A stretch of DNA of 64,000 nucleotides. Origin: Antedon mediterranea. Its lineage: Eukaryota > Animalia > Echinodermata. Positions within the stretch are counted from its first letter, which is position 1. Each line of letters begins with the position of its first letter. The stretch lies in contig NC_092677.1 in NCBI RefSeq assembly GCF_964355755.1, positions 19,738,101 to 19,802,100 of the forward strand. Direction: 5' to 3'. Under the pieces are notes generated by a model that worked only from the letters and a program-made list of their open reading frames with translations, searched no databases and was not told the origin of the DNA. Below, piece by piece: positions 62,695 to 64,000 of this stretch. Made by a program: the position numbers and the translations under genes.

Positions 62695-63946
62695 CAGTGG
62701 CGTATCCAGGATTTTGAAGTTGGGGGGGGGGCCGGGAATTGCCAATTTGCCGACAAAATTGGTGTCATTATCTGCTGTACATACACAACGTCTCTGATCA
62801 ATATATGTTCTAGGATTACATAGTCATATTGTCTTATATGGGATAACGATGCAAAATTAAAACCAAACCAACATTATCTGTTAGTATGTTGTATTCATAT
62901 TACAATAAAGAAAGAATTAGGAAAATCTGACTTGTAGTTTTCGAAATATAGGGTCTAAAACATCGCCGAAAATGATCGTTTTTAGCCACGAAAGAAGTAA
63001 AACAATTTGCGGCCTCAGTCGACAATTCTATTAACTACACCATTTTTGGTTAAAATAATTACACATAATTACGTTTTTTAGTAATTTATTTTATATATCA
63101 CCATTGGAAATATCAATAAAACATGTTATTAAATGCTTATACAATATATAAAGTTGTTTACTTAACGGAATTCAGAAAAATTCATTGCTCTAACTTTGTG
63201 TATTAACGATCAGAGAGATTCATGGTACACGCGCGAGAGAAAACATTCCGCTGCGGGTGATTCGCATCCACCAATCAAATCAGCTAGAATCCTAAATCAT
63301 TCAACCGTGAGCAATGCCAATCGCGAGAAAGCTCAGCTTTGATTGGCTTACGATGACATCATATCACAAAATGGTGGTTTTGTAGTTGAGCCTCACGGAA
63401 TATTCTGTTCCAAAAATGAAATACATGGATATTTTTTATGGTATGTGTGCTTTTTCTTTAAAAATTTTGAATAATAAAGGCCTCATATCGATAAAAAAAA
63501 CGGGTTTTTGGCACTTATAATAAATATATCTTAGACAAAAAAGCACATGGCATGTGGAACTATATAATCTTAGCGTAGGAAGACATACAAATCCCAGGTC
63601 ATGAGAGGCTCAACTGCATGCAAAAACAAGGTTGAATAGGGTAAGGTCAAAGACTCTTGAGTAAACAATCTACCGCGTACGGGCCGTACGTACGTGCTAC
63701 ACATTTTTTACGTGTTTCGTTAGATGTAATGAAAATAAAAAATAGTTGATCTGAAGGGATCAATGATGATATGATATGTAAATAAACAAACACTCAAAAG
63801 AATTATGTTTACAGTTCAATTATTGCCAGAATAAATAGTTTATTTTTTTCCCCGGCACCTTTTTTTTGCCGACGGCCGCGATGATGTGCCGACGGAAACT
63901 AAATCAGGGGGGCCCGGGCCCCCCCCCCCCCTTGGATACGCCACTG
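62695..63946. mobile_element. non-autonomous hAT element
   Basis: TIR CAGTGGCGTATCCA / TGGATACGCCACTG; perfect 8-bp TSD AAGACGAG at 62687-62694 and 63947-63954. Confidence 0.92.
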
Positions 63947-64000
63947 AAGACGAGCAATGTAATTTTCTCCTTGTGGGAACGAATAAAGATTATACTTGAT

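Overview
AT-rich, intron-rich and repeat-dense animal genomic DNA, probably a marine invertebrate (inference; no database was used). It has two recognisable spliced host genes lying tail to tail: the 3' part of NSUN2 (+ strand, 9 phase-compatible exons, 1082-21299) and a complete 5-exon DXO/Rai1 gene (- strand, 35475-25892). DXO intron 2 contains a nested, same-strand, intron-containing non-RD protein kinase gene with several disabling lesions, plus a second decayed kinase fragment. The region 40.6-52 kb is a 28-bp satellite split by a decayed Polinton/Maverick (adintovirus-like) element. That element retains an integrase N-terminus missed by the ORF track, a PC4-like ssDNA-binding gene, an acidic ORF with two SUMO-interacting-like motifs and a candidate AGTAGT terminus. 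It was later invaded by a CR1/L2-group LINE carrying a 2A-like motif and a PHD finger, and by a non-autonomous Helitron whose inverted sister copy lies at 59.7-61.3 kb. The rest consists of Helitron, Academ-like, Penelope, hAT, Tc1/mariner and Crypton-like remnants, MITEs and minisatellites. All family calls come from motif recognition by eye.
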